DNA of 64,000 nucleotides from Patescibacteria group bacterium (lineage in GTDB: Bacteria > Patescibacteriota > WWE3 > UBA101185 > UBA10185), in contig JBMORU010000001.1 of the NCBI GenBank assembly GCA_049322215.1, positions 324,023-388,022 of the forward strand, read 5' to 3'. The translations under genes and the position numbers were made by a program. Numbering within the stretch: position 1 is the first letter of the stretch; the number at the start of each line of letters is the position of its first letter. Shown piece after piece: positions 11,163-20,398 of the stretch. The notes under the pieces are model-generated. The model saw only the letters and a list, made by a program, of their open reading frames with translations. It was not told the DNA's origin and did not search any database.

Positions 11163-11208
11163 AAAGCATGTGACCTTAAATACATAAAATATAAGGTCAC
11201 ATGCTTTT
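11163..11208 (+). terminator. 16-bp perfect inverted repeat (probable terminator)
   Basis: aaagcatgtgacctta-N13-taaggtcacatgcttt directly after the stop codon. Confidence 0.8.
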
Positions 11209-11252
11209 ATCCAATAATTTGACTCTATAAGTCCTCTATAATATAATCCACT

Positions 11253-11957
11253 GTGGCTCAAAACTTTAAACCCACAAGTAATTCGTATTCCATGCCCAAT
11301 AAAGTTACTAATATGCAAGTAGATGACTTCAGTGTAGGTCAAATTTCTAAATTAATACAAGATGCAAAAGAGATTGCCGTTATACCTTCGGAAGGTTCTT
11401 CTATTGATGGTTTTTGTGCAGCTGTTGGTTTGTATCAAATGCTAAGGCGCAAAAAGAAGGATGTGCACTTTGTTTTTACTAAAAAACGACCTGAAGAAGC
11501 AAAAGACATAATCTCATTAGGGGAAATAACCTCTAACATTTCTCAGAGAGAACTTACAGTTAGTATTAACTATGCAAGTACAACTGCTGCAAAAGCTAAA
11601 TATTCTACAGAAAATGACGTACTAAAAGTTACTTTAGGTCCTGTTCCTAAAGAGTTTGATTTAAGTAATATTACATCAGAAATAACTGGCTACGATTTTG
11701 ATTTAGTATTTGTTTTGGGAGCAAAAAAGTTGGAAGATTTAAATGATATATATTCTTCATTAAAAGAAGAAATAAAAAAGGCAAAGGTTGTGAACGTAGA
11801 TATTTCTAAACATAATTCCCGTTACGGTACAGTGAATATTATAGATAACGAAGCCGATTCATTAAGCTTTTTAGTTTTTAATAAAGCGCCTTTATGGGCT
11901 TTAAAACCAGATAAAAAAGCAGCTAAATCTTTGCTAACAGGCTTATCTGTAGCCTAA
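11253..11957 (+). CDS. Degenerate DHH-family (NrnA-like) protein
   Basis: DG..AA.GL motif I, DLVFVLG motif II, VNVD...N.RYG.VN motif III without the HH; no DHHA1 domain; sits at the nrnA position between infB and rpsO. Confidence 0.7.
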   Translation: MAQNFKPTSNSYSMPNKVTNMQVDDFSVGQISKLIQDAKEIAVIPSEGSSIDGFCAAVGLYQMLRRKKKDVHFVFTKKRPEEAKDIISLGEITSNISQRELTVSINYASTTAAKAKYSTENDVLKVTLGPVPKEFDLSNITSEITGYDFDLVFVLGAKKLEDLNDIYSSLKEEIKKAKVVNVDISKHNSRYGTVNIIDNEADSLSFLVFNKAPLWALKPDKKAAKSLLTGLSVA

Positions 11958-12002
11958 ACAGTTGATTTCTTGCCGTATTTTGTTAAAATTGCTATTGCAT
12001 TT

Positions 12003-12272
12003 ATGTCTCTAAATAAAAATGATAAAAACAACATAATAAAATCTTCTAGATTACATCAAGAAGACACAGGTTCCCCTGAGGTTCAAGTTGCAATACTTTC
12101 AGAAAGAATAACGAAACTATCTGATCATCTAAAAGTGCACAAAAAAGATAATCACTCTAGAAGAGGACTGTTACAACTCGTAAATAAACGCAGACGTCTT
12201 TTAACATTCCTTAAAAATAAAAATGAAGAGCGATATCAATCACTTTTAGAAAAGTTAGAACTTTCTAAGTAA
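12003..12272 (+). CDS. rpsO: 30S ribosomal protein S15
   Basis: [30 protein letters not shown]; ATG at 12003 preferred over the upstream TTG. Confidence 0.98.
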   Translation: MSLNKNDKNNIIKSSRLHQEDTGSPEVQVAILSERITKLSDHLKVHKKDNHSRRGLLQLVNKRRRLLTFLKNKNEERYQSLLEKLELSK

Positions 12273-12313
12273 AGTATTCTTGATATTATAGGTAATAAGA
12301 TAATAAATTAATC

Positions 12314-12407
12314 GGGGAGTGTATTGTTTGTAGAGATTAGGAATTGCAATGATTTATCACTTTTGATAAATCCTTACACCTCTTAATCTCAAGCTGTGCA
12401 TTTTCTC
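12314..12407 (+). promoter_or_regulatory. Long stem-loop in the pnp 5' leader
   Basis: ggggagtgtattgtttg / caagctgtgcattttctc, gagattag / ttaatctc and gatttatca / tgataaatc form nested helices. Confidence 0.65.
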
Positions 12408-12415
12408 AGTAAAAA

Positions 12416-14620
12416 ATGAATAACAAAATAATAAAAAAAGAAATTGAGTTTGCCGGAAAAAAAATCACTCTTGAAACTGGTAAATTAGCTCCCATGTCAA
12501 ATTTGGCTGTAAAAGCAAGCTATGGTGACACTGTAATGCTTATCACAGCAAACTCTGGCGGGTATAACCCTGAGCTAGATTTTTTCCCATTAATGGTTAA
12601 TTACAATGAAAAGTTGTATGCAAGTGGAACTATTAAATCTTCTAGATTTGTAAAACGTGATGGACGTAGCACTGATGATGCTATTATTACAGGCCGTTTA
12701 TGCGATCATGCAATTCGTCCCTTGTTTCCTAGTGATTTCAGTGACGAAACACAAATTGTAGGTTCTGTAATGTCTTTGGAAGAAGATGCCGACGCAACAT
12801 TTTTATTTTTAAATGCTGTATCAGCTACTTTACAAGCTTCAACTATTCCTTGGAACGGCCCTATGCTTACAGCACGCGTTGGGTATATTAACAATGATTA
12901 CGTACTAAACCCAACAAGACATCAATTACATGATGAATCTACTTTGGATATGACTGTTTCATTTGTGGGTAAAGAAATGAAGTTTTTAGCTATAGAAGCT
13001 GAAGCTAATGTTTTACCTGAAAATGTTATTTTAGGCGCAATTGAGTTTGCAAGAAATGGCTTGAAACCTATTTATGACTTAATCGAAGACTTCGCTAAAG
13101 CAGTGAATCCTAAACATGAAAAGTTTGGGTACGAATCTGTAGCTTTAGAAGAAGACTTAACTAAAGATGTTCACGCTATTGCAAAAGAAAAAGTCATAAA
13201 ATTAATGCAGTCTGGTTTAGACAAGGTAGAAATGTCAACCAAACTAAGTGAACTTTTTGAAGAAGTTTACACTTCACTAGAAGGTAAATACAAAAAAGCT
13301 CGTATTGAAAAGGCTTTTTACGATATTGAAAAACACGCCTTACAACAAATGATTTTAGATCAAGGTAAACGCCCTGATGGTAGAGCTATAGACGAAGTTC
13401 GCCCCATAACCGTTGATATAGATGTTTTGCCTAGAGTACACGGTAGTGGTTTATTTACACGTGGTGTTACTCAAGTAATGACTATTGCAACTTTAGGTTC
13501 TCCATCGGATGAAATGTTGGTTCAAGATATGTACGGCGAAGTTTCTAAAAAATATATGCACTTTTACAACTTTCCTCCTTATGCAAGTGGTGAGATAGGA
13601 AGAGTAGGCGGTTTTCCTAAAAATAGAGAAATTGGTCATGGGATGCTTGCTGAGAAAGCACTAAAACCCGTATTGCCTGACACAAAAGATTTTCCTTACA
13701 CAATAGTATTGGTATCTGAAACATTATCATCAAGCGGTTCTACCTCTATGGCGGCTACTTGTGGTTCTACGTTGGCATTAATGGCTGCCGGTGTTCCTAT
13801 TAAAGATATGGTTGCCGGCATAGGAGTAGGTTTAATAGTTAACGACGATATGAGTAAACAGTTAATTATGACCGACTTAGCTTACATGGAAGATGCTTTT
13901 GGATTCTTAGACTTTAAAATGACTGGTACAAGAAATGGTGTTACTGCAATTCAGTGTGACATGAAAGCTGAAGGTATACCCATGGATTTACTTCCAAAAA
14001 TATTTGAGCAGTCAAAAGCTGGTAGATTACATGTTTTAGACAAAATGGAAGAAGTAATTAAGGAACCAAGAAAAGAAGTAAGTGAATATGCACCTAAATC
14101 AGCAATGACAAAAATTGATCCTGATAAAATTGGTATGGTAATTGGCCCAGGCGGAAAGGTAATTAAAGAGCTTCAGGAGCGTACTTCAACAGACATTTCT
14201 ATAGAAGAAGACGGTACAGTTGTTGCTACTGGTTTTTCACCCGAAGGTGTTGCAGAAGCCATAGCGCATATTGATGGAATGACTAAAGATGTTGAGGTTG
14301 GTGAAATTTACGATGGTGTAGTTAAAGAAATAGTAGACTTTGGTGCATTTGTTCAAATATTACCTGGTAAAGATGGCTTATTACATGTAAGTGAGATTTC
14401 TTCGGAATATGTTGATGATGTACGAAATGTGTTGTCTGAAGGACAAGAAGTACGTGTAAAAGTCATAAAAACTGAGGATGGAAAAGTAAGCTTGTCTAAA
14501 CGTGCTATTGATGACCCCGAAGGATATGAAAAGGCTGCTTCTAGGCCAAGTAACCGTGGTGGAAATAATAGAAGAGGTGGTCGCTTCAATGACAGAAAAG
14601 GACGTAACAACCGAAGATAA
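12416..14620 (+). CDS. pnp: Polyribonucleotide nucleotidyltransferase (PNPase)
   Basis: DFFPL.VNY.EK.YA.G, R.DGR...EVR, REIGHG.LAE.AL, S.GS.SMA, DFK..GT, KH and S1 domains. Confidence 0.98.
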   Translation: MNNKIIKKEIEFAGKKITLETGKLAPMSNLAVKASYGDTVMLITANSGGYNPELDFFPLMVNYNEKLYASGTIKSSRFVKRDGRSTDDAIITGRLCDHAIRPLFPSDFSDETQIVGSVMSLEEDADATFLFLNAVSATLQASTIPWNGPMLTARVGYINNDYVLNPTRHQLHDESTLDMTVSFVGKEMKFLAIEAEANVLPENVILGAIEFARNGLKPIYDLIEDFAKAVNPKHEKFGYESVALEEDLTKDVHAIAKEKVIKLMQSGLDKVEMSTKLSELFEEVYTSLEGKYKKARIEKAFYDIEKHALQQMILDQGKRPDGRAIDEVRPITVDIDVLPRVHGSGLFTRGVTQVMTIATLGSPSDEMLVQDMYGEVSKKYMHFYNFPPYASGEIGRVGGFPKNREIGHGMLAEKALKPVLPDTKDFPYTIVLVSETLSSSGSTSMAATCGSTLALMAAGVPIKDMVAGIGVGLIVNDDMSKQLIMTDLAYMEDAFGFLDFKMTGTRNGVTAIQCDMKAEGIPMDLLPKIFEQSKAGRLHVLDKMEEVIKEPRKEVSEYAPKSAMTKIDPDKIGMVIGPGGKVIKELQERTSTDISIEEDGTVVATGFSPEGVAEAIAHIDGMTKDVEVGEIYDGVVKEIVDFGAFVQILPGKDGLLHVSEISSEYVDDVRNVLSEGQEVRVKVIKTEDGKVSLSKRAIDDPEGYEKAASRPSNRGGNNRRGGRFNDRKGRNNRR

Positions 14621-14686
14621 GTGCTAAAATTAACTTAATGCTATTTTTGTGCTGCCCTAGAGTAGTAAGTTATTTGAATATTTGTT

Positions 14687-15607
14687 ATGTCTAGAGTTTG
14701 CTCTAACTGTAATTCTACTTTAGGTAATTACGATAGTTTTTTCTGTTCTGAGTGCGGAAATTTGTTGCCCGAAAATGTAGTGCGTATTGATCCTGGTTTA
14801 CGTACAAAGGTTTTTGAGCCCCAATATCAAAAAGTTGCAAGTAAACACTCAAATAACTTAAATAAAGTATTTAATAAATCTACTGTTAAACTATTTCTAA
14901 CACTACTTCCGTTATTTTTATTAGCCGTTGTTTTATACTTAGGCATTCCATTTATAAACGCTTTAATAAACACAAAAACCTTGTCTGTTGAATTAGTTGA
15001 ATTACCTACAAACCTTAGTGTTATAGAGGTAGAAAATGATTTACATGAGGATTTTTTTGGAGCTGATTTAATTGACTCGTATGTTCCGTTTGATGCTGAC
15101 TTATATGTTGAAATCAATGATTTACAAGGTGTACTAAATAGTTATGTGCAAGATACTTCTTTAGGTGATGACTTTTCTAAAGAGTTTTTATCTCAGGTCA
15201 GCGATCATTTTGCTATATTTGCTATAGTTGACGAAAGTAATGTTTCTTGGGGAGCTGTGTTTATACCAAATTCTCCTGATGAAATAGCAACATTAGTAAA
15301 CTCGGTAGAAAACTCAACATGGAAATTTAAACTAATTGGTAACAGATTAATTGTTGCAAACAATGATCAAATTTTTAACGAAGTTGAGGCTGTTAGCACT
15401 AAACTTAGTAGGAGCTTATCATTAAATCCTTCTTATGCTAGGGTTAAAGCAGTACTTCCAAAAAGCGGTAAGTCGCTGATTATGTTTGTTGGTGATGAGG
15501 GTTTTCAATCTCTTAATACTATAAATCCTAATAGCGTAACACCTGAAATGCTTGATATTATTAATTTGGTTGCAGAATCAAATCTGCAGGCAGTTGTTAT
15601 TAAATAA
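14687..15607 (+). CDS. Zinc-ribbon, single-TM protein with a large extracytoplasmic domain
   Basis: N-terminal CxxC-x10-CxxC, TM at about aa 68-92. Confidence 0.75.
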   Translation: MSRVCSNCNSTLGNYDSFFCSECGNLLPENVVRIDPGLRTKVFEPQYQKVASKHSNNLNKVFNKSTVKLFLTLLPLFLLAVVLYLGIPFINALINTKTLSVELVELPTNLSVIEVENDLHEDFFGADLIDSYVPFDADLYVEINDLQGVLNSYVQDTSLGDDFSKEFLSQVSDHFAIFAIVDESNVSWGAVFIPNSPDEIATLVNSVENSTWKFKLIGNRLIVANNDQIFNEVEAVSTKLSRSLSLNPSYARVKAVLPKSGKSLIMFVGDEGFQSLNTINPNSVTPEMLDIINLVAESNLQAVVIK

Positions 15608-15609
15608 TT

Positions 15610-16734
15610 ATGGTAGCAGAAAATACAATTTCATTAACAGATCAAGATAATACAAATTCAAAAGATGCTGAATTTATTTTTGACGAATTGGCACAAGTAG
15701 CAAAAAAAGTTGAACTATGTCCCGAGCTTCCACAAGATTTAAAAGAACGCGCAGACCAGTTTCTTAACAGATTAAACCGTATGGCACATACAGGTGTGTA
15801 TGGTGCCGAGTTTGATACCATTTCACACTATATTGATGTCATAACTTCTATTCCATGGAATAAATATACAGAAGACAATTTAGATTTAGCGAGAATGAAG
15901 CAACAGCTTGATGCAGGACATTATGGTATGGAAGGAGTTAAAAATCTTATTTTAGAATACATGGCAACCATGCGTTTGCTTAAAGAGCGAAGCGAAATTG
16001 GAGAAGCGCCACGTGCTCCAATACTGCTTTTAGTAGGATTGCAAGGTGTTGGTAAAACCACTATTGCTATTTCTTTAGCAAAGGCTATGGGTAGAGAGTA
16101 TGTTCGTATCGCTATGGGAGCTATCGGAAGTGTTTTGGAAATAAGGGGAAAAAGTAAGGCGTTACCAAGCGCCGAACCTGGTCAAATAATTAAGGGTTTA
16201 ATGAAAGCTAAAGTTATGAACCCACTTATACTTCTTGATGAAATTGAAAAAGCTAGCGGTCAAGAAGGAACGCGAAGTGATATTATGGCTTCTTTACTTG
16301 AAATTTTGGATCCTAGCCAAAATATTGCTTTCAGAGACCATTATGTTGATTACCCTGTTAATTTATCAAAAGCTATGTTTATGTGTACTGCAAACAACAC
16401 AGGCACTTTGTCTGCAGCACTAATGGACAGAATGCACGTTGTAAAAATGCCTTCATATACTGACGAAGAAAAAATTGTAATCTCTCGAGATTACTTGCTG
16501 CCAGGAATTTTGAAGAACAATGGTTTAAAACCAGAGGAGATGCAGATTGACCCAAATTTATGGCCCTCTATTGTTAGACCTTTTGGGTTTGACTCAGGAA
16601 TCAGAAGTTTGGGTAGGACGTTAGAGGCTATGTGTCGTAAAGTTGCAAAAGAACTTGTAGAGGGTAAACACACTGGGGTTTATATAACTGCTGAAAACCT
16701 TAAAAACTATTTGCCCGATACGAGTATAAGATAA
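15610..16734 (+). CDS. Lon-type AAA+ ATPase lacking the N-domain and the protease domain
   Basis: PW...T.D.LDL......LD..HYGM..VK..ILEY, Walker A GLQGVGKT, Walker B LLDEIEK, LLEILDP.QN..F.DHY, LMDRM; ends at ITAENLKNYL. Confidence 0.9.
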   Translation: MVAENTISLTDQDNTNSKDAEFIFDELAQVAKKVELCPELPQDLKERADQFLNRLNRMAHTGVYGAEFDTISHYIDVITSIPWNKYTEDNLDLARMKQQLDAGHYGMEGVKNLILEYMATMRLLKERSEIGEAPRAPILLLVGLQGVGKTTIAISLAKAMGREYVRIAMGAIGSVLEIRGKSKALPSAEPGQIIKGLMKAKVMNPLILLDEIEKASGQEGTRSDIMASLLEILDPSQNIAFRDHYVDYPVNLSKAMFMCTANNTGTLSAALMDRMHVVKMPSYTDEEKIVISRDYLLPGILKNNGLKPEEMQIDPNLWPSIVRPFGFDSGIRSLGRTLEAMCRKVAKELVEGKHTGVYITAENLKNYLPDTSIR

Positions 16735-16739
16735 AAAAG

Positions 16740-17372
16740 ATGTCTACAAAAAAATCTACAAAAAGCAAAGGTTTAACCGCGCCTTTAAACGTGGTTTATG
16801 TTTTAGTTTTAGTACTTTTAGCTAGTTTGTTTGGAAATGCTTATCAATATGCTAAAAGTAATCACTTATATCGTTTTGCAGAAGATGCTGTAAACAGTAA
16901 TCCATTATTAACAGGCGTAAACCCAGCTAAACCGATACCAGGTAAACCCTGGACTTTAGTTGGTAAGAGTTTAGGTAGTAAAAAAGGTCAAGTGGTTTTT
17001 AAGCATGAAAACGAAACTATACCTGCAAAAGTAGAATTTTGGAGTGATGTTCAAATTCTTGTTAAAGTACCTGAAAATTTAAAAATTGACACTACTTATC
17101 TAGTAGAAGTGTCTACAGTAGAACAAAGAACAAATGGAGATACATTAACCTTTCCTATAATTTGGGAAAACGGTGGGGAGTATACAACAGATTCGGATCA
17201 CTATTTATACACAGTTCAAACAGGTGATTCTTTATATAAAATAGCCAGAGATGAATTAGGTAGTGAAGCACGCTTTGAAGAAATCATAGAATTGAATAGA
17301 GTAAGCTATCCTGGTTTGTCTCAATACAGCCCTTTGTCTTTAGGGATGGAACTAAAATTACCAAATGAATAA
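16740..17372 (+). CDS. Membrane-anchored IPT/TIG-like + LysM domain protein
   Basis: N-terminal TM; Ig-like L.G...G...G.V.F...WSD..I.VKVP; C-terminal YTVQ.GDSLY.IA...LG...R..EI..LN......L..G..L.LP. Confidence 0.85.
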   Translation: MSTKKSTKSKGLTAPLNVVYVLVLVLLASLFGNAYQYAKSNHLYRFAEDAVNSNPLLTGVNPAKPIPGKPWTLVGKSLGSKKGQVVFKHENETIPAKVEFWSDVQILVKVPENLKIDTTYLVEVSTVEQRTNGDTLTFPIIWENGGEYTTDSDHYLYTVQTGDSLYKIARDELGSEARFEEIIELNRVSYPGLSQYSPLSLGMELKLPNE

Positions 17373-18009
17373 AAAAGCTTTAATTGCTCAAGTAGAAGCC
17401 AATGTTAAAAACTGTTCAAAATGCCGTTTATGTGAAACGGCATTAAATGCTGTTCCTGGGGAAGGGAATATAAATTCAAAAATTGTTTTTATTGGAGAAG
17501 CTCCTGGAGCAACAGAAGACAAAACAGGTCGTCCTTTTGTTGGGCGTGCCGGAAATTTATTGGAAACATTATTAAATGAAATAGGTTATAAAAGAGAGGA
17601 TGTTTGGATTGGTAATATAATAAAACACCGTCCTCCCAATAATAGAGACCCCTTACCTGACGAAATTAAAGCATGTGAAGGTTATTTGGCAATGCAGTTA
17701 AAGGCTATAGATCCGTGGGTGGTTGTTACCTTGGGTAGATTTTCTATGAACTATTTTTACAAAGATGGAAAAATAACTAAAGATCACGGTCATCCGAGGA
17801 AAATAGGTGATTTAGTTTTATATCCTGTTTATCATCCTGCAGCTGCTCTACGCAATAAAAGTTTTGCAGATGCTTTAAGAAAAGACTTTAAAAGAATACC
17901 TAAGCTTATGGAGTATCTTAATAAGAATGGTTTTGGGAAAAGATCTAGTGATAAAACTCCCACCTCGGTAAGTGAAACCATTGATGGGCAATTAGGTTTA
18001 AGTTTTTAA
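17365..18009 (+). CDS. udg: Uracil-DNA glycosylase family 4 (Fe-S)
   Basis: CxxCxL, GEAPG..ED..G.PFVG.AG, K.RPP.NRDP, YHPAA. Confidence 0.95.
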   Translation: MNKKALIAQVEANVKNCSKCRLCETALNAVPGEGNINSKIVFIGEAPGATEDKTGRPFVGRAGNLLETLLNEIGYKREDVWIGNIIKHRPPNNRDPLPDEIKACEGYLAMQLKAIDPWVVVTLGRFSMNYFYKDGKITKDHGHPRKIGDLVLYPVYHPAAALRNKSFADALRKDFKRIPKLMEYLNKNGFGKRSSDKTPTSVSETIDGQLGLSF

Positions 18010-18010
18010 A

Positions 18011-18532
18011 ATGACTTCCATTAACTTAGATAAACTTAATGATTTGCGTAAACAGGGCTTTAGGCCTGTGGTTGTTGCAGCTATAGTGAAAAATTACAAA
18101 ATACTTATGTTTTATCATAAAAAATACTCAGTTTGGATGTTACCACAAGGGGGTATAAGCAGTGGAGAATTACCGCAAGAGGCATTACAAAGAGAACTTT
18201 CGGAAGAAATAAACTATACTTTTGTTGAAAATTTAAGATTTCCAGCAAAGCTTTTCCACGAACACAGATTAAAATTTCCACGCCACCAGCATGGCTCTCG
18301 TACCTTATTTGATGACTCTGGCGTTTATTATGAAATGAAAGGTAAGCACTATTTATTTCATGTTTTAGAGGCTATAGCACCTGTAAATACCCTAGCGGAA
18401 GAATTTGATGATGCCGCGTGGTTAGGCTATGAAAATGCACGTAATCTAGTGTTAGAGATGCCTCAAAAAAATAAAAAAGACATTATTTTAAAACTACTTG
18501 ATATGCTAGTTTCTGCAAACTATATAAAATAA
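18011..18532 (+). CDS. Nudix hydrolase (RppH-like)
   Basis: FRP.V, W.LPQGGI..GE....A..REL.EE Nudix box. Confidence 0.85.
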   Translation: MTSINLDKLNDLRKQGFRPVVVAAIVKNYKILMFYHKKYSVWMLPQGGISSGELPQEALQRELSEEINYTFVENLRFPAKLFHEHRLKFPRHQHGSRTLFDDSGVYYEMKGKHYLFHVLEAIAPVNTLAEEFDDAAWLGYENARNLVLEMPQKNKKDIILKLLDMLVSANYIK

Positions 18533-18594
18533 GGGTGTATAGCTTTGCTTGGTTAAGGTAAAATATAATAGTGAGAGAACGATATTAGTAAAAT

Positions 18595-20304
18595 TTGGAG
18601 CATTTGATGTTTAGTATTGCAAAAAAGAAACCGGAATTAAAAATAATTAAGTTAGGTGCAGAAGTTGGCGCAACTAAAAACTTAACCGTATATGAATGTG
18701 GTGACGATATTATTATGGTTGATTACGGTATAGGATTCCCTGACTCAGACTTACCTGGAGTTGATGTTGTTATACCTGATTACACTTATTTAATAGATAA
18801 TCAGGAAAAGATACGTGGTTTGATTATAACACATGGGCATGAAGATCACTTCGGCGCAGTTCCATACTTATTAGAAGAAATAAACGTTCCCATTTATTGT
18901 AGCGATTTGGTTGAAGGTTTTATTAGAAAAAGAATTGAAGATCGAACCAAGGGGGATGTTTCTGGAGTAAGTTTTCACAGGCTTGCTGCGAATGAACCCG
19001 ATATAGTATTGGGTAACTTTTCAATAAGCGCTTTCAAGGTTAATCACTCCGTTCCAGGCTCGCTAGGCATTGTAATACGCACACCACAAGGAACTATTTT
19101 ACATATGGCTGATTATAAAGTTGATTGGTCGCCTGTTTTAGATGATCCCATCGATTTAGGGCGCATTGCCGAATTAGGTGATGAGGGTGTTTTGTGTTTA
19201 TTATCCGACTGTTTAGGTGTTACTCATGAGGGTTATTCGGCTTCAGAAAAATCCCTTGCGGCCACTTACGACAGAATAATTGGCAACGCTGAAGGAAAAG
19301 GAATATTTATTACTACTATTTCTTCAAACATTTCCAGAATGCATCAAGTTATTGAAATAGCTATAAAGCATGGAAGAAAAATAGTTTTTGATGGAAGGTC
19401 AATTAAACAAAGTGCAGAAGTAGCAATAGCCTTAGGTTACTTTCCTTTTGCTGAAGATATATATGTGGATATAAAACATACTGACCAATACCGACGTGAC
19501 GAACTATTATTTATAGTTGCAGGTTGTTATGGTCAACCAAATTCAGCCCTTTACAAACTTGCCCATAACGAGCACAAATATTTAAGTTTAGTTGATAACG
19601 ATTTGGTAATATTTTCTGCTGACCCTGGTCCACCAAGCTCATATGAGCCAGTAGAAAACATACTACACTTTTTAACTGTTGCAGGGGCAGAAGTTATTTA
19701 TAGTGCTATTCAAGAAAATCTTCATGTTTCTGGGCACGGGATGCGTGGTGATTTGCAACTTGTTGCCGCCACTGCACGTGCAAAATTTCACATACCAATT
19801 GGCGGTACTGCTGCCAAAATGCGTGCGTACACACATATGATTGAAGAGTTAGGGCACGATGCTGAAACTGTTTTTGAATTATTAGAAGGCGAAACCGTAG
19901 TTTTTAATGACGGTTATGCTGAAAGATCAAAACCAGTGCCTGTACGCCAAATTTACGTAGATGGTCAAAGTGTTGGAGAAATAGGAAACGTAGTAATAAA
20001 AGACCGTGAAAAACTATCTGACGAAGGTTTATTTGTTGCCGTGGTTCCAATAACCGAAGACGACTCAGGTTTTCAGGTGGCGGGTAAAGTACAAGCTATA
20101 ACCCGAGGATTTGTTTATGTAAAAGAATCAAAAGCACTAATTGGACGTGCTCGTGACATAGTTTATAAAACAATAGATAAAAACACTTCTAGTGTAACTA
20201 CCTGGCAGGCCATGAAACCTTTAATTGAAAAAGATTTGGCTAAGTTTTTGTATGCAGAAACAGGTAGAAGACCCTTAGTAGTAATATCCGAAGTGCGAAT
20301 ATAA
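18595..20304 (+). CDS. rnj: Ribonuclease J
   Basis: THGHEDH, NHS.P, H..DYK.D, SSN..R, HVSGH, TRGFVY, T.RRP. Confidence 0.96.
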   Translation: MEHLMFSIAKKKPELKIIKLGAEVGATKNLTVYECGDDIIMVDYGIGFPDSDLPGVDVVIPDYTYLIDNQEKIRGLIITHGHEDHFGAVPYLLEEINVPIYCSDLVEGFIRKRIEDRTKGDVSGVSFHRLAANEPDIVLGNFSISAFKVNHSVPGSLGIVIRTPQGTILHMADYKVDWSPVLDDPIDLGRIAELGDEGVLCLLSDCLGVTHEGYSASEKSLAATYDRIIGNAEGKGIFITTISSNISRMHQVIEIAIKHGRKIVFDGRSIKQSAEVAIALGYFPFAEDIYVDIKHTDQYRRDELLFIVAGCYGQPNSALYKLAHNEHKYLSLVDNDLVIFSADPGPPSSYEPVENILHFLTVAGAEVIYSAIQENLHVSGHGMRGDLQLVAATARAKFHIPIGGTAAKMRAYTHMIEELGHDAETVFELLEGETVVFNDGYAERSKPVPVRQIYVDGQSVGEIGNVVIKDREKLSDEGLFVAVVPITEDDSGFQVAGKVQAITRGFVYVKESKALIGRARDIVYKTIDKNTSSVTTWQAMKPLIEKDLAKFLYAETGRRPLVVISEVRI

Positions 20305-20398
20305 ATTCATTTTTACTCATAACAGTTACCTCAAGATAATTCTATGGGTTTATAACAAAAAGGGATTTTTTGCCTTACATTTGCTAATATAAGTCCAC

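Noticed and set aside
11970-12002. N-terminal extension of S15 from the upstream TTG
   Set aside because: The region contains the promoter (TGt-TAAAAT); the ATG at 12003 gives a normal-length S15
16700-16800. Frameshifted or split lon protease gene
   Set aside because: The sequence after the stop is a coherent TM-Ig-LysM gene; no Lon protease motif (PKDGPSAG) appears in the ORF track or was seen nearby
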